NCBI RefSeq assembly: GCF_039654945.1
Contig: NW_027361792.1
Coordinates: 930,001 to 994,000, forward strand
Direction: 5' to 3'
Source: Dendrobates tinctorius
Taxonomy: Eukaryota
Length of the DNA stretch: 64,000 bases
The notes under the pieces are model-generated. The model was not told the DNA's origin, searched no databases, and worked only from the letters and a program-made list of their open reading frames with translations. Position numbers and translations under genes: made by a program. This document shows, piece by piece, positions 33,360 to 45,300 of the stretch; the stretch's first letter is position 1; each line of letters begins with the position of its first letter.

Positions 33360-36300
33360 TCAGCTCAACATTACAGCAAACAGTATGTACAGAATACACT
33401 GATAGTCCCCAGTGACCGCCCGTGTATACATCCTGATCACTGAGCGACGCCTGCGTGTTCAGCCCTGGGAATTGGTGATCCCGTTACCTGTGTTCCTACA
33501 AGAGTAATGCTGGGGTTACACGGGGACACAGGCGGCGAGTTGCATTGCGACCCCCTGGGGTGCTGCCACCATGACAAACGGGTCAAAGTCGGAAGCAGTT
33601 GGATTTTTTTTTCTTTGCAACTTGTTTGTTGTGTTCTCCTGGCAGTAATAATACGACTCCATTTGCACTGATGTTCCGACCAAAGTTAGTTGCGCCCCGA
33701 CCTGCGGCTGCAGGGCAACCAGAAAAATATTGGGCAACCTCCCGTGCCATTTTATGCAGCATTTAACCCTTGCATTAACGTTTATAGCAAGTGAGTCGCA
33801 TGCCAGTGTCGCAGGTCACCGTGTTACAATGCAGCACCACGATCTCGGCATCGCCGTGTAAGCCTTGGCCTCAATCTGCAGGAAATTAACCCCTCACATC
33901 CCACACTGTCCATACGTTGTACTTTTGGGCACAGAAGCGGATGACGTCTCGAGCAGATTATATAACCACCACCTCCTGCCAAAGGCTGAACCGTCTGATT
34001 TTTACCTACAGCTCAACTTCCGGACAAAATATTTGGCTCCATATTTACATCCGATGCGCAACGGCGGCTACTGATCAGCAGGATAGCATACAGAAAATGT
34101 CACCTCCACGTGGCAGAAAAGAAAAAAAAACATGGCTGTGCCCAATCCTAGTCACGATAATGTGGCCGAGGCAAAGTGCCGCCCGTTGGGATCCCATTGC
34201 TGGGCGATTATAAATTACAAGCTTAGGTTATACCAGCAAAGAAAGAAAAAAAAAAAAGTCTGACTCCATTCACACAGGGGTTGCATCCTGCACACCTGCT
34301 TCTCCTGACGCCGGGACCCACACCAGACCCAGCCTGTGGTCAGGGGTAGCGCCATTTCTAAAAGAAGCAACATTTTCTCCAAAGCTGGACATCCCCTTTA
34401 AATGTGCAAGCCTTAAGGGAAACCATACCCTTCCTTTTGAAGCTCATTTTTTATTTTTGAGCTTTTTTTTTGTTTTCCTCTTCCCATAATGTTTCTATGG
34501 ACACAGACATGCAAGGGCACGATGTTCTGCAGGGCGACGCAATCATTCACTTTACCATATTATGTATCGAAAATATGGAGGGGGAAAAAAAAATGCAAAG
34601 GTAAACCAGAATCTATGGCGGATGTAAGCGAATGTGAACCGGCCTGGAGCAATGATGTCTATTGTAAAGGAAGAACAATCGGGCCGAGCGCAAGACGGGT
34701 CCAATGTGTCCGCAGATCGCATTATAACGGGGCACCGCAACAAAGGGACAGAAGCGACAGAAATTACATAAGACGCCATGTTATTCCTATATTATGCCAC
34801 CTCGCACTTTATTCCTAGCATGGAAAGGAGACGAGACGTCCCGTAGTAGGATCCATACTCTTCTACAAAAAAAAAATAAAGATGCGATGCTTAATTCTAA
34901 AGAAGATTAGGGGAAGCCTTCCTATATTTTTTTTCTCCTACTAGTACACCATCTTCATTCTCGATTATTGCAGAGATCCAACCACAAAACCCATCCTGAC
35001 CGCTGAAACGCCCCATCCGCAAAGCACCGCTGTGACCGGCTAAGCGTCCTCATCGGTGCCAGCATTTACGTGCACGAGCCTGGACCATAATGATGGACGG
35101 ACACATCATCCGTCTGTATTAAAAAAAAAAACAGCCTCCCTCCATGCAGCCGCACTAGATGAGCACACGGACAATGCACTGAATGTACAGGCTCAACACA
35201 TACATTTCACAGTTTTTGCATGGACACCATTTTCCAGACCAGACGCAGGTCTCGCACCCCAAACAGTCACATACAAGGCTGATAGTTTGGGTCAGGAGAA
35301 CCAGGATTAGTTCTGGAAATTGGGGCCTGTGAAATGCAGTCAATTCAGGCCCCATTCGCATTGCTGACATTCTCGTGCTCGTTTCATTCATTTTTTTCTT
35401 TGTGGGCAGCACTTATTATAGTCTCCGAGCCTTTTCAATTGCCCGTTGTCTTTTTTTTGCAGACCATCAATTGAAAAAAAAAAGTATTAATTGTTGGAGA
35501 ACGGAGCCCTCTCTTCAAATTGTTTTCCAATTTAGTGTCAGACGATTTTTAGGTTCCATGCACACCCAGACATTGTGGGGTTTTTTGTTTTTTTTTGATT
35601 GCTCAGAAAAATGTTTGCAAAAAGAAGAAAAAAAAAAAAAAAAAAGACTGAAACCGCTTAAAAAGACTTTTCTTATTAAGTTGTACACTAAAATCACTTT
35701 AGAGATCATATTTTCAATCTTAAGAGCGTCTTTTTTTTTCCAAGTTCCGGTTTTCAAAAACACCTGACGAGACAAAAGTGCAGATCATGGCTATAAAGCA
35801 TCTCCTGCTGGATAACGCTCCAAACTTGGCGATGCCCAATCAGAAGGGTGCAAAAACTTTGAGAAAAGAAAAAATCCTCCAAAAACTCCCTAGGGATAGA
35901 GAGTTTCCAGAAGAGGTTTTTACTAGAAAAACTTGTAGTTTTTAATAAACTCAAAAAAAAAAAAAAACTGCACAAAGCTTTAAGCGACATCATAAAAGTC
36001 TGAACGTAGGAAGCTCTGCAGGACCGGTGTCACTTCCATATGGTCACAACCACCCACGTTCCATCCATGCATTCCTTGTGAGGGATGGATAGCGGGTGAG
36101 GGGGCTGCAGACCCCATACATGACTGTGCGCGGAGAGCTGCATGAGTAGCGGTCACACCGGCCTGTAGCTGGCAGCCGCATCCGCACATCTGACCCAATC
36201 GTCAGCTGCACCGCACATTTTCATTACCAATTGCTGCATATAATCCTCTGCTCTTTGTATGACTCCGCATGAATTCTTCACGTCTGGTAGCTGCCGCCCA

Positions 36301-36563
36301 TCGCTGGCTAGGGCAATGCCATCCTGGCTTTTTCAATCATATTACACATGCCTCTTTGCCTTAACCCTTGTAGGAAATCCCATCAATGCCAGGTCAGAGT
36401 CAGAAGATTCCTGCACGGAGGCAGCAGCAAGTTTTATAGAAACGTCATGCCTTTTGCAAAAAGTTAAGAGAAACGACAGGTGATGTAACCAAACGTCCCC
36501 GGCTTCTTACACCATAAGGCACGCGCGGAGTTTGGTTACAGCAGAGGTTATGTCTGGACTTTC

Positions 36564-36775
36564 TCACTTTTCCTTCTCTTTCCTTTTGTCTCGTTGGCTT
36601 GTGGCTTCTTTCACCAGGACTTTCGTCAGCTGCGACGTCTTGTCTTTTTTAGGAGGACGAGTTTCGGATTCTTTATTCCTTCCCACTGGGATCCCTTTTT
36701 CTCTCAAGGCTTTCACCATCTCCTCTTCCTTCATCATCAGGAGGATTTCTCGGCTCCAGATCAGAACGTAAAAAC
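36564..36775 (-). CDS. DDB2: DDB2 last coding exon ([19 protein letters not shown]...KEKEK*)
   Basis: tttcag| acceptor; TGA at 36566-36564. Confidence 0.93.
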
Positions 36776-39700
36776 CTGAAACGAATAGGAAAAAAAAAAA
36801 AATCTTGCTTCATGAGCCGAACACAATTCCAATATCCACTGAATAAATGACGGTACCAATATGAATCTACGGTCTGGAAGCAAAAGGCCGAACTCAGACG
36901 GCCGACGTTCACGCTCCGAGGATGGACGACGAAGTGTGGAGCGGCCCCGGGTCTCCTGACCTGAATACACAGCTCCATATTTGCCCTTGGAGCTGTTGTA
37001 TTCTGGACAGGGAGACCCACCAGCTGATCGAGACATTGCGTCCCGCATGTGTGAACCCAGCCTTAGGTGAAGACCAAGGAATGACATTGATGCTCTGCAT
37101 ATCCAGTCATTGCCGGGGCGTGCGTACACACACACTGCTGCGAGCGGTGGCTGAGGCCGCGCCAGCACGACTGGATGACAAAGCCAGCTGCTCCAGGAGG
37201 AAATAAAGGTAATTTTCTCCAAGTAGCCGCAATTTCAGCAAGTCGGCCGGGCAACTTTCTAACTAAATTAACCTATGCATTAACCCTATATCTGCAACTT
37301 AATAGCATTAATTGAGGAGATTTAAAGGGTAAAATAAGGTCTGAAATATCTGGACTCCATCCGGGTCATTACAACAGTGATTGCAGACTGATTACACACA
37401 ATTCCCAGCACGGAAATTTTTTTTTTTTTTTTTTTAAATTTTTATGCCCTTTACACCCCAGGTAACATTCACTCACTAGTTTCTATGTTTTCGTGATCTA
37501 AACCTAGAAGATCGCTAAGGTAACGTTACATTAGGATCAGAAAGAGGAAAAAAAAAAGTATTAAAAATCAAGGTGACAGCTCTTACCCATTCCTGAAGCC
37601 AAAAGGTCTCCCATAGGGTTGAACTTGTTTAGCTAGACACAGGGGGAAATAATAAAGCGAATTATGTTGCTTTTTTTGTTTTCAGATCTATACAGCAAAA
37701 TTCCTCTAGAGGATCAATAAAAACCAAAGAGGACGAGAGCCCTATGGATGGTTCAGGAACCTACCGAGATAATACCGGATGCATAGGGGTCGCACAGCTG
37801 GCACACTATGTTACCGCTCTGTCCATCAAACACGTCTACTGTGCGCAGCTCATCTGCTGTGTATCCTGGAAATTGGGGGTCCGGGTATCGGCCAGCAACG
37901 ATTAGGTCGTAGCGGGGATGCCAGGCAGCCTGCACAACACATGAGTTATATATTAGAGAGAAAAGCCTCTAGAGCACAAAGTTACGGGTCCGACCTAAAA
38001 GTTTTGCACATAAGAATGTTTGCAGTAGAAGGCAAAATTACATTACTGGGTGGCAAGGATGTGCACTGCAGGGGGTCGGCCAAAGACCTGAAAGCCAAAA
38101 CAGACCTTTATGGCAGTGAGGTGCTGGAACTGGCGGTGCGGGTGAGGGATAATGCGCTGCGGCTGTGACCAATCAATGGCAGAGTACACGCGGATCTCGC
38201 TGTGCTGGTCGGTGGTGAGAAGTTTGGCGCCGTCCCAGGGGCTGAAGTACGCTGCAGCACAGGAGACATCAGAATGAGATGGGGTCTGCAGCAAACAGCT
38301 CTGAGGAAAGGACAGTGGAGAGCTGCGTCATTACCGGAGTTTACGCCGCGGGTGTGCGGCATTGTGTACAGGCAGCTGGACTTATCCTTGATCTTCCTCA
38401 GGTCCCACAACTTCACGGTTTGATCCACGGAGGCGGTGGCCAAAAGCCAGTCACATCGAGGGTTAAACTCCACATGTGTCACCTTCTTTTTGTGCAGCCT
38501 CTGCTTAAAGATCTTAAGGGGAAAGAAAAAAAAAAAAAAAAAATCACGGACCCTATAATCCTCAGTATGGGGGGGACCCACAGAATCCTCTCTGCACCTC
38601 GTTTCCACTGGTCTCCAGCAGCACCACGTTACCCACGTTATCTCCAGTGACCACGCACCGCTGGCGGGCGGACACGTCCAGGCTGCAGTACCACATGCTA
38701 GGAATAAGGAAAAAAGGGGCTTATTGTTTGACCTTGCTGTCAGGGCATGCTGGGAGTTGTAGTTTTACAAGAGCTAATGGCGAGCCACCGATTATAGCAG
38801 CAGCACAAAGGATGGGATCACAGACACCAGATTTTCCTACATGCTCCGCTATAGCAAGGGGTAATCCACATTGATAACTGCTAGGGATCACAACATTGAG
38901 ACCCCCACCACCGAGCGCTACTACTGGGGTCCGAGTCCCCGTTTGCAGAGAATGGGGGTCACATGCACGACCACAGCTCCACTAAAAAAAGGGGAGCATT
39001 AATCAATCCGCTCTTACGCCCAGTCTTCGGTCTTTGTAAATGTCTGCACGATGCGCCCGGTTAAGTCCTGCAGGATGGTGCTGCCCGCAACGGACGACGT
39101 ATAAAGCTGATTCGGATTAAAAGGGTCAAATTTCATCCCGGTGATGCAGCCTCCAGCTCCAATCTGCAGGACAGGAGAAGCGCCATGAAAAAAAACAGCA
39201 CAGATCGCACCTGTACAGCATCGCTCTGCCCCACCATACTTACTCCGGGGATCATGGTGTTATTTAACTCCTCGTAGTCCCACAAAATAATGTCTCCTCC
39301 TTTCGACCCAACGGCCACCGTGTTGGGCTGAGTCGGATGCCATTCTAGAGTGGTGACTCTTCTGTCGAAGGGACTGTCAGTCCGATAGACAATGTAGGAG
39401 GCCAGGGACTGCAGGAATGGGGTCTGCAGGTACTGGGGAGGGACACACATGGCGGTCGGATGCAATGCACACATGGACGGTCGGCGATCACATCACACGG
39501 GTCTCTTACCTTCGCTCTGACGTTCCCGCCGAGGGTGCTCCTGTACAGGTAATGCACGATGCTGGTCTGCACATCCTCCGCTTTACGGAATTTTCTCTCA
39601 TTTTGTAATTCTGACAAAGAAAAAAAAAAAAACTCAATGCCAAGACATTAAGGGGTAAGCAAATTATCCTTATCGCTGGGGTTCCGATCTCTAGGCCCTG

Positions 39701-40019
39701 CAGCCACCTTCCTGAATGGAGCGTATGTGTGCGACCTCCTCTCTATTCATTGACTATGAGACTGCTGCACTCTGCAGCCCCAGACAATGAAAATAGCAGA
39801 GGACAGCGCTAAAGAGGAGCGCGGAGGGGGGTCCCAGCAAATCCCCTCTCTGTATTACTCCATATTATCACCTTTGCTGCACTCCGGTGCATCTTGAGGA
39901 ACATTTTTCTTTCTACCGGATGTCTTGGGCCCTTTATCGGCCCCAGGATCGGGCTCTCGGTTTTTTTTCGCCAGTGGCTCTTCTGTCGTCTTGGCTTGAG
40001 CTGACCGTTTGGAACGCAT
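36564..40019 (-). CDS. DDB2: DNA damage-binding protein 2 (XPE), 10 coding exons, 476 aa
   Basis: complement join(40019-39872,39610-39510,39432-39244,39163-39018,38697-38598,38512-38335,38251-38106,37929-37765,37632-37587,36775-36564) = 1431 nt; SIVHYLY helix, [28 protein letters not shown] (WDxR), FQH hairpin; all introns GT-AG. Confidence 0.96.
37587..37632 (-). CDS. DDB2: DDB2 coding exon 9 ([15 protein letters not shown])
   Basis: gtctag|...|gtaaga. Confidence 0.95.
37765..37929 (-). CDS. DDB2: DDB2 coding exon 8 ([17 protein letters not shown]...SGIIS)
   Basis: gtgcag|...|gtaggt. Confidence 0.96.
38106..38251 (-). CDS. DDB2: DDB2 coding exon 7 ([15 protein letters not shown]...[11 protein letters not shown])
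   Basis: ctgcag|...|gtctgt; FQH motif. Confidence 0.96.
38335..38512 (-). CDS. DDB2: DDB2 coding exon 6 ([16 protein letters not shown]...WDLR...)
   Basis: cttaag|...|gtaatg. Confidence 0.96.
38598..38697 (-). CDS. DDB2: DDB2 coding exon 5 (MWYCSLDVS...TGDNVGNV...GNE)
   Basis: tcctag|...|gtgcag. Confidence 0.95.
39018..39163 (-). CDS. DDB2: DDB2 coding exon 4 ([14 protein letters not shown]...)
   Basis: ctgcag|...|gtaaga. Confidence 0.96.
39244..39432 (-). CDS. DDB2: DDB2 coding exon 3 (YLQTPF...[11 protein letters not shown]...IPG)
   Basis: ccccag|...|gtaagt. Confidence 0.96.
39510..39610 (-). CDS. DDB2: DDB2 coding exon 2 (ELQNERKF...[12 protein letters not shown]...AK)
   Basis: tgtcag|...|gtaaga. 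Confidence 0.93.
39872..40019 (-). CDS. DDB2: DDB2 coding exon 1 (MRSKRSAQ...PECSK)
   Basis: Acceptor ttctag|ATG; donor G|gtgata; basic N-terminus; phase fits the next exon. Confidence 0.8.
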
Positions 40020-41352
40020 CTAGAAGGGGGGAGAAAGAGAGAGCGCATGTAACGCCTGATAATCGCCCGTAGCCCCCCCCCCCCCCAAGCCAGACCGCCG
40101 TTAACTGCTCGGCGTACGGACGAGCGCGGCTGCAGTATTTCCGGTCTCTTTCCATTGGAGGTGAAGGGACGGGAGCGGCGATGCCGCGAGATCAGACTAT
40201 ACACTGGGCCTATAGCCATGGAGGCACATAGCTCTGCATAGGGGCTGCATACACAAAAAGTGGGTAACTTAAAGCCAAGAGTGTAGGCAATGGGTCTCAT
40301 TTTTTACCGCTAAATTTAAGGAAGCAATAAAAAAAAAAAAAAAAGGTAAAAGGGTTTTTTTCCTAGCAGAAAAATAAATCTATTTTTCATCCCAGGCAAC
40401 AATTTAATACTTTTTACAGTTCCAGATTTATTTCTCCAGCAGTGACCTGGTGGAACTACATGTCCCACAATGCCTTGCACCTACTATTCATGGCTGCGTT
40501 TTCGCACTACACCTCCTATGCAGGAGTAAAATCTGCCAGGCCCCGAAAATTAACCCCTCACTGCAACGTTAGGGAGGCCGCCCAACGCGGCGAGATACGG
40601 ACCGCACGAGCGCTGTATTAACCCCGTCCCGCACGGGAGGTCAAGAGCAAGCGTAAGGGGCGAGCTCAGGAGCAACGTTCACTGCATGCCAAGCAAGTGC
40701 CGGCTGTGTTATACAGCCTGATCCAGGTTTATAGAAGCGGTGGAGTCATGTGACCGGTCTGGACCCAAGCGCTCACCGCTCCCCCCCTCCCATGATGCCT
40801 CCTCATCGCCGCCATCTTTGTACTCCAGCGTCAATAATGGAATAAAAAAAAAAAGTTAAATCTATCAAAAATTAAATGAAACCCCAAAAACATGAGAAAA
40901 AGGGATCAAAACGTCACGATGAAACCAATGAAGACCTCGTCCTGCCACGAAAAAAATAAATTAATGGAAAAATTATAAAATGGCACAGATTATTATAAAT
41001 ATATATATATATATATAAAGTAGCGATTTGGTGTCGTCGTAATCTCGCCGCCCCGGAGAAAATATGGGAGCTGCAGCCCGGGGAGGAAAAAGAATGCTGG
41101 AAGGAAGGGGTTAATGCTTGCCGTGACCTTTGACTCGTGGGGTCACCTGCGCTATAGGGGGGGGAGGGAGCATAATAACACACACCGTAATAACTGCCTG
41201 CACCACGTGACTCTTAAAGGGGTTGCACACTTCAGCGTTATATAACCCCCCCGCTGCCGGCTCAGTGGACATCATGCGGCCAGCATGCTCTGAGGAGGAC
41301 GTGTGCCGGTTCCGTGGCCCCCGTACGTCCGCCCGGTTCCTCCTCACGTTAC

Positions 41353-41540
41353 CTGTTAGCCTCGGTATAACGTCCGTCCGCTAGGGAACCAAGATGTCGT
41401 GTGAGTAGTGCGCAGGCGCAGCAGGAGGCGCACCTCCCTCCACAGCTCCGCCCTCTAATATTTGCATGACGCTTTCTGATTGGCTGGTGGTTATTATCAG
41501 AGCTTGCGCCCTGTGAAGAAAAAAAAAGGCGGGAGTCTCG
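41353..41540 (-). promoter_or_regulatory. DDB2: Putative DDB2 promoter and non-coding first exon
   Basis: Donor CAG|gtaacg at 41352; NRF1-like TGCGCAGGCGCA at 41409-41420, GC box, octamer ATTTGCAT at 41460-41467, TGACG, ATTGG, E2F-like GGCGGGA at ~41528. Confidence 0.7.
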
Positions 41541-42359
41541 TTCCCTCACCTCAGACGATGTCCTCTGTCTCAGCGATCACATCGGCCGATCTGATTGTAC
41601 AATCTTGTTGTAGAATAAAGATGATGTCAAGCTATGGCTGCCTTGTTCATGGCCGACATGTTAATGCAGATACCGTGTGGTGAAGTTCTGTTCCGCGTTG
41701 TAATAAAACTCGTCCTGTAGTTATTGATGAATTTGCCCTATTTTTTGGCGCTTTCTGTAAGTGCATATGGTGCCCGGCCGTGTAATCGCCACATTCCGCT
41801 CCTGTGTAGGATGTGGTCGTTACCGCGGCCTCCTCTGGCGGACGGACGTCTGTACAGGAAAGCGCAGTCCGTTCACTCGATCATTTTCCTTTTCGCATCT
41901 TTTTTTTCAAACTTCTGATTTTCTTTCACGACTAAAATAAGAAAAACATTGCCCGTGTTGTGTGTCGCCGTATCCGCCGGAGCGGCGTCATATCGTGAGG
42001 CGGCTCACCACCACAAAATGTCCGCCATAAACCAAGTCCCGAAACAAGCGATGTCAGAATTGTGTTTTTTCTCCACACTATCGGCCCACTTGGTTTTCCA
42101 GGGCACCCTGTGGTAAAATAAATGGCGTCAGTCGAAAGTACAAAAAAAAACCCCACACCTATCTCTAATACCGCTGTGTGGAGAGAAAAACACAAGGATA
42201 AGGCTCTGGAAAAAGGGGAGGAAAAAACTAAAAGGCGAAAATGGAATGTGGCCTTGGCGGGAAAGGGGAATGTCCGGGAATAATTAGCACTGCTGTATTG
42301 GATGAACCAGATTATTACACATCACGGATCTGCAAATGATGGAGAAATGGAAACAGTTT

Positions 42360-45300
42360 CAGTGATTACACAGGAGCTGCCGGCAGCGTCTCCGGACTTG
42401 TCTCCATCGAGCACATCGGGGACGTCATTGGTCAGTGATTACACAGGAGCTGCCGGCAGCGTCTCCGGACTTGTCTCCATCGAGCACATCGGGGACGTCA
42501 TTGGTCGGTGATTACACAGGAGCTGCCGGCAGCGTCTCCGGACTTGTCTCCATCGAGCACATCGGGGACGTCATTGGTCGGTGATTACACAGGAGCTGCC
42601 GGCAGCGTCTCCGGACTTGTCTCCATCGAGCACATCGGGGACGTCATTGGTCAGTGATTACACAGGAGCTGCCGGCAGCGTCTCCGGACTTGTCTCCATC
42701 GAGCACATCGGGGACGTCATTGGTCGGTGATTACACAGGAGCTGCCGGCAGCGTCTCCGGACTTGTCTCCATCGAGCACATTAGGGACATCATTGGTCAG
42801 TGATTACACAGGAGCTGCCGGCAGCGTCTCCGGACTTGTCTCCATCGAGCACATCGGGGACGTCATTGGTCAGTGATTACACAGGAGCTGCCGGCAGCGT
42901 CTCCGGACTTGTCTCCATCGAGCACATCGGGGACGTCATTGGTCGGTGATTACACAGGAGCTGCCGGCAGCGTCTCCGGACTTGTCTCCATCGAGCACAT
43001 CAGGGACGTCATTGGTCGGTGATTACACAGGAGCTGCCGGCAGCGTCTCCGGACTTGTCTCCATCGAGCACATCAGGGACGTCATTGGTCGGTGATTACA
43101 CAGGAGCTGCCGGCAGCGTCTCCGGACTTGTCTCCATCGAGCACATCAGGGACGTCATTGGTCGGTGATTACACAGGAGCTGCCGGCAGCGTCTCCGGAC
43201 TTGTCTCCATCGAGCACATTGGGGACGTCATTGGTCGGTGATTACACAGGAGCTGCCGGCAGCGTCTCCGGACTTGTCTCCATCGAGCACATCGGGGACG
43301 TCATTGGTCGGTGATTACACAGGAGCTGCCGGCAGCGTCTCCGGACTTGTCTCCATCGAGCACATCGTGGACGTCATTGGTCAGTGATTACACAGGAGCT
43401 GCCGGCAGCGTCTACAGACTTGTCTCCATCGAGCACATCGGGGACGTCATTGGTCAGTGATTACACAGGAGCTGCCGGCAGCGTCTCCGGACTTGTCTCC
43501 ATCGAGCACATCTGGGACGTCATTGGTCGGTGATTACACAGGAGCTGCCGGCAGCGTCTCCGGACTTGTCTCCATCGAGCACATCAGGGACGTCATTGGT
43601 CAGTGATTACACAGGAGCTGCTGGCAGCGTCTCCGGACTTGTCTCCATTGAGCACATCAGGGACGTCATTGGTCAGTGATTACACAGGAGCTGCCGGCAG
43701 CGTCTCCGGACTTGTCTCCATCGAGCACATTGGGGACGTCATCGGTCGGTGATTACACAGGAGCTGCCGGCAGCGTCTCCGGACTTGTCTCCATCGAGCA
43801 CATCGGGGACGTCATTGGTCGGTGATTACACAGGAGCTGCCGGCAGCGTCTCCGGACTTGTCTCCATCGAGCACATCAGGGACGTCATTGGTCGGTGATT
43901 ACACAGGAGCTGCCGGCAGCGTCTCCGGACTTGTCTCCATCGAGCACATCAAGGACGTCATTGGTCGGTGATTACACAGGAGCTGCCGGCAGCGTCTCCG
44001 GACTTGTCTCCATCGAGCACATTGGGGACGTCATTGGTCGGTGATTACACAGGAGCTGCCGGCAGCGTCTCCGGACTTGTCTCCATCGAGCACATCGGGG
44101 ACGTCATTGGTCGGTGATTACACAGGAGCTGCCGGCAGCGTCTCCGGACTTGTCTCCATCGAGCACATCAGGGACGTCATTGGTCGGTGATTACACAGGA
44201 GCTGCCGGAAGCGTCTCCGGACTTGTCTCCATCGAGCACATCGTGGACGTCATTGGTCAGTGATTACACAGGAGCTGCCGGCAGCGTCTCCAGACTTGTC
44301 TCCATCGAGCACATCGGGGACGTCATTGGTCAGTGATTACACAGGAGCTGCCGGCAGCATCTCCGGACTTGTCTCCATCGAGCACATCGGGGACGTCATT
44401 GGTCGGTGATTACTCAGGAGCTGCCAGCAGCGTCTCCGGACTTGTCTCCATTGAGCACATCAGGGACGTCATTGGTCAGTGATTACACAAGAGCTGCCAA
44501 CAGCGTCTCCGGACTTGTCTCCTTTGAGCACATCGGGGACGTCATTGGTCAGTGATTACACAGGAGCTGCCGGCAGCATCTCCGGACTTGTCTCCATCGA
44601 GCACATCGGGGACGTCATTGGTCGGTGATTACACAGGAGCTGCCAACAGCATCTCCGGACTTGTCTCCATCGAGCACATCGGGGACGTCATTGGTCGGTG
44701 ATTACTCAGGAGCTGCCAGCAGCGTCTCCGGACTTGTCTCCATTGAGCACATCAGGGACGTCATTGGTCAGTGATTACACAGGAGCTGCCAACAGCGTCT
44801 CTGGACTTGTCTCCTTTGAGCACATCGGGGACGTCACTGGTCGGTGATTACACAGGAGCTGCCAGCAGCGTCTCCAGACTTGTCTCCATCGAGCACATTA
44901 GGGACATCATTGGTCGGTGATTACACAGAAGCTGCCGGCAGCATCTCCGGACTTGTCTCCATTGAGCACATCAGGGACGTCATTGGTCGGTGATTACACA
45001 GGAGCTGCCGGCAGCGTCTCCGGACTTGTCTCCATTGAGCACATCGGGGACGTCATTGGTCGGTGATTACACAGGAGCTGCCGGCAGCGTCTCCGGACTT
45101 GTCTCCATTGAGCACATCAGGGACATCATAGGTCGGTGATTACACAGGAGCTGCCGGCAGCATCTCCGGACTTGTCTCCATTGAGCACATCGGGGACGTC
45201 ATTGGTCGGTGATCACACAGGAGCTTCCGGCAACGTCTCCAGACTTGTCTCCATCGAGCACATCGGGGACATCATTGGTCGGTGATTACACAGGAGCTGC

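Noticed and set aside
38745-38763. Perfect ZNF143-type ACTACAACTCCCAGCATGC in a DDB2 internal intron
   Set aside because: Not near a promoter; similar words recur at ~27.4 and ~33.2 kb and are probably repeat-derived
39809-40300. 163-aa ORF as the DDB2 N-terminus
   Set aside because: Wrong frame; only the AG|ATG frame at 40019 splices in phase to the next exon
40681-40700. Possible p53 response element in DDB2 intron 1 (CTGCATGCCAAGCAAGTGC); also CATG-rich units at 61.6-64 kb
   Set aside because: CWWG cores are 9 bp and 7 bp apart rather than 10, with several flank mismatches
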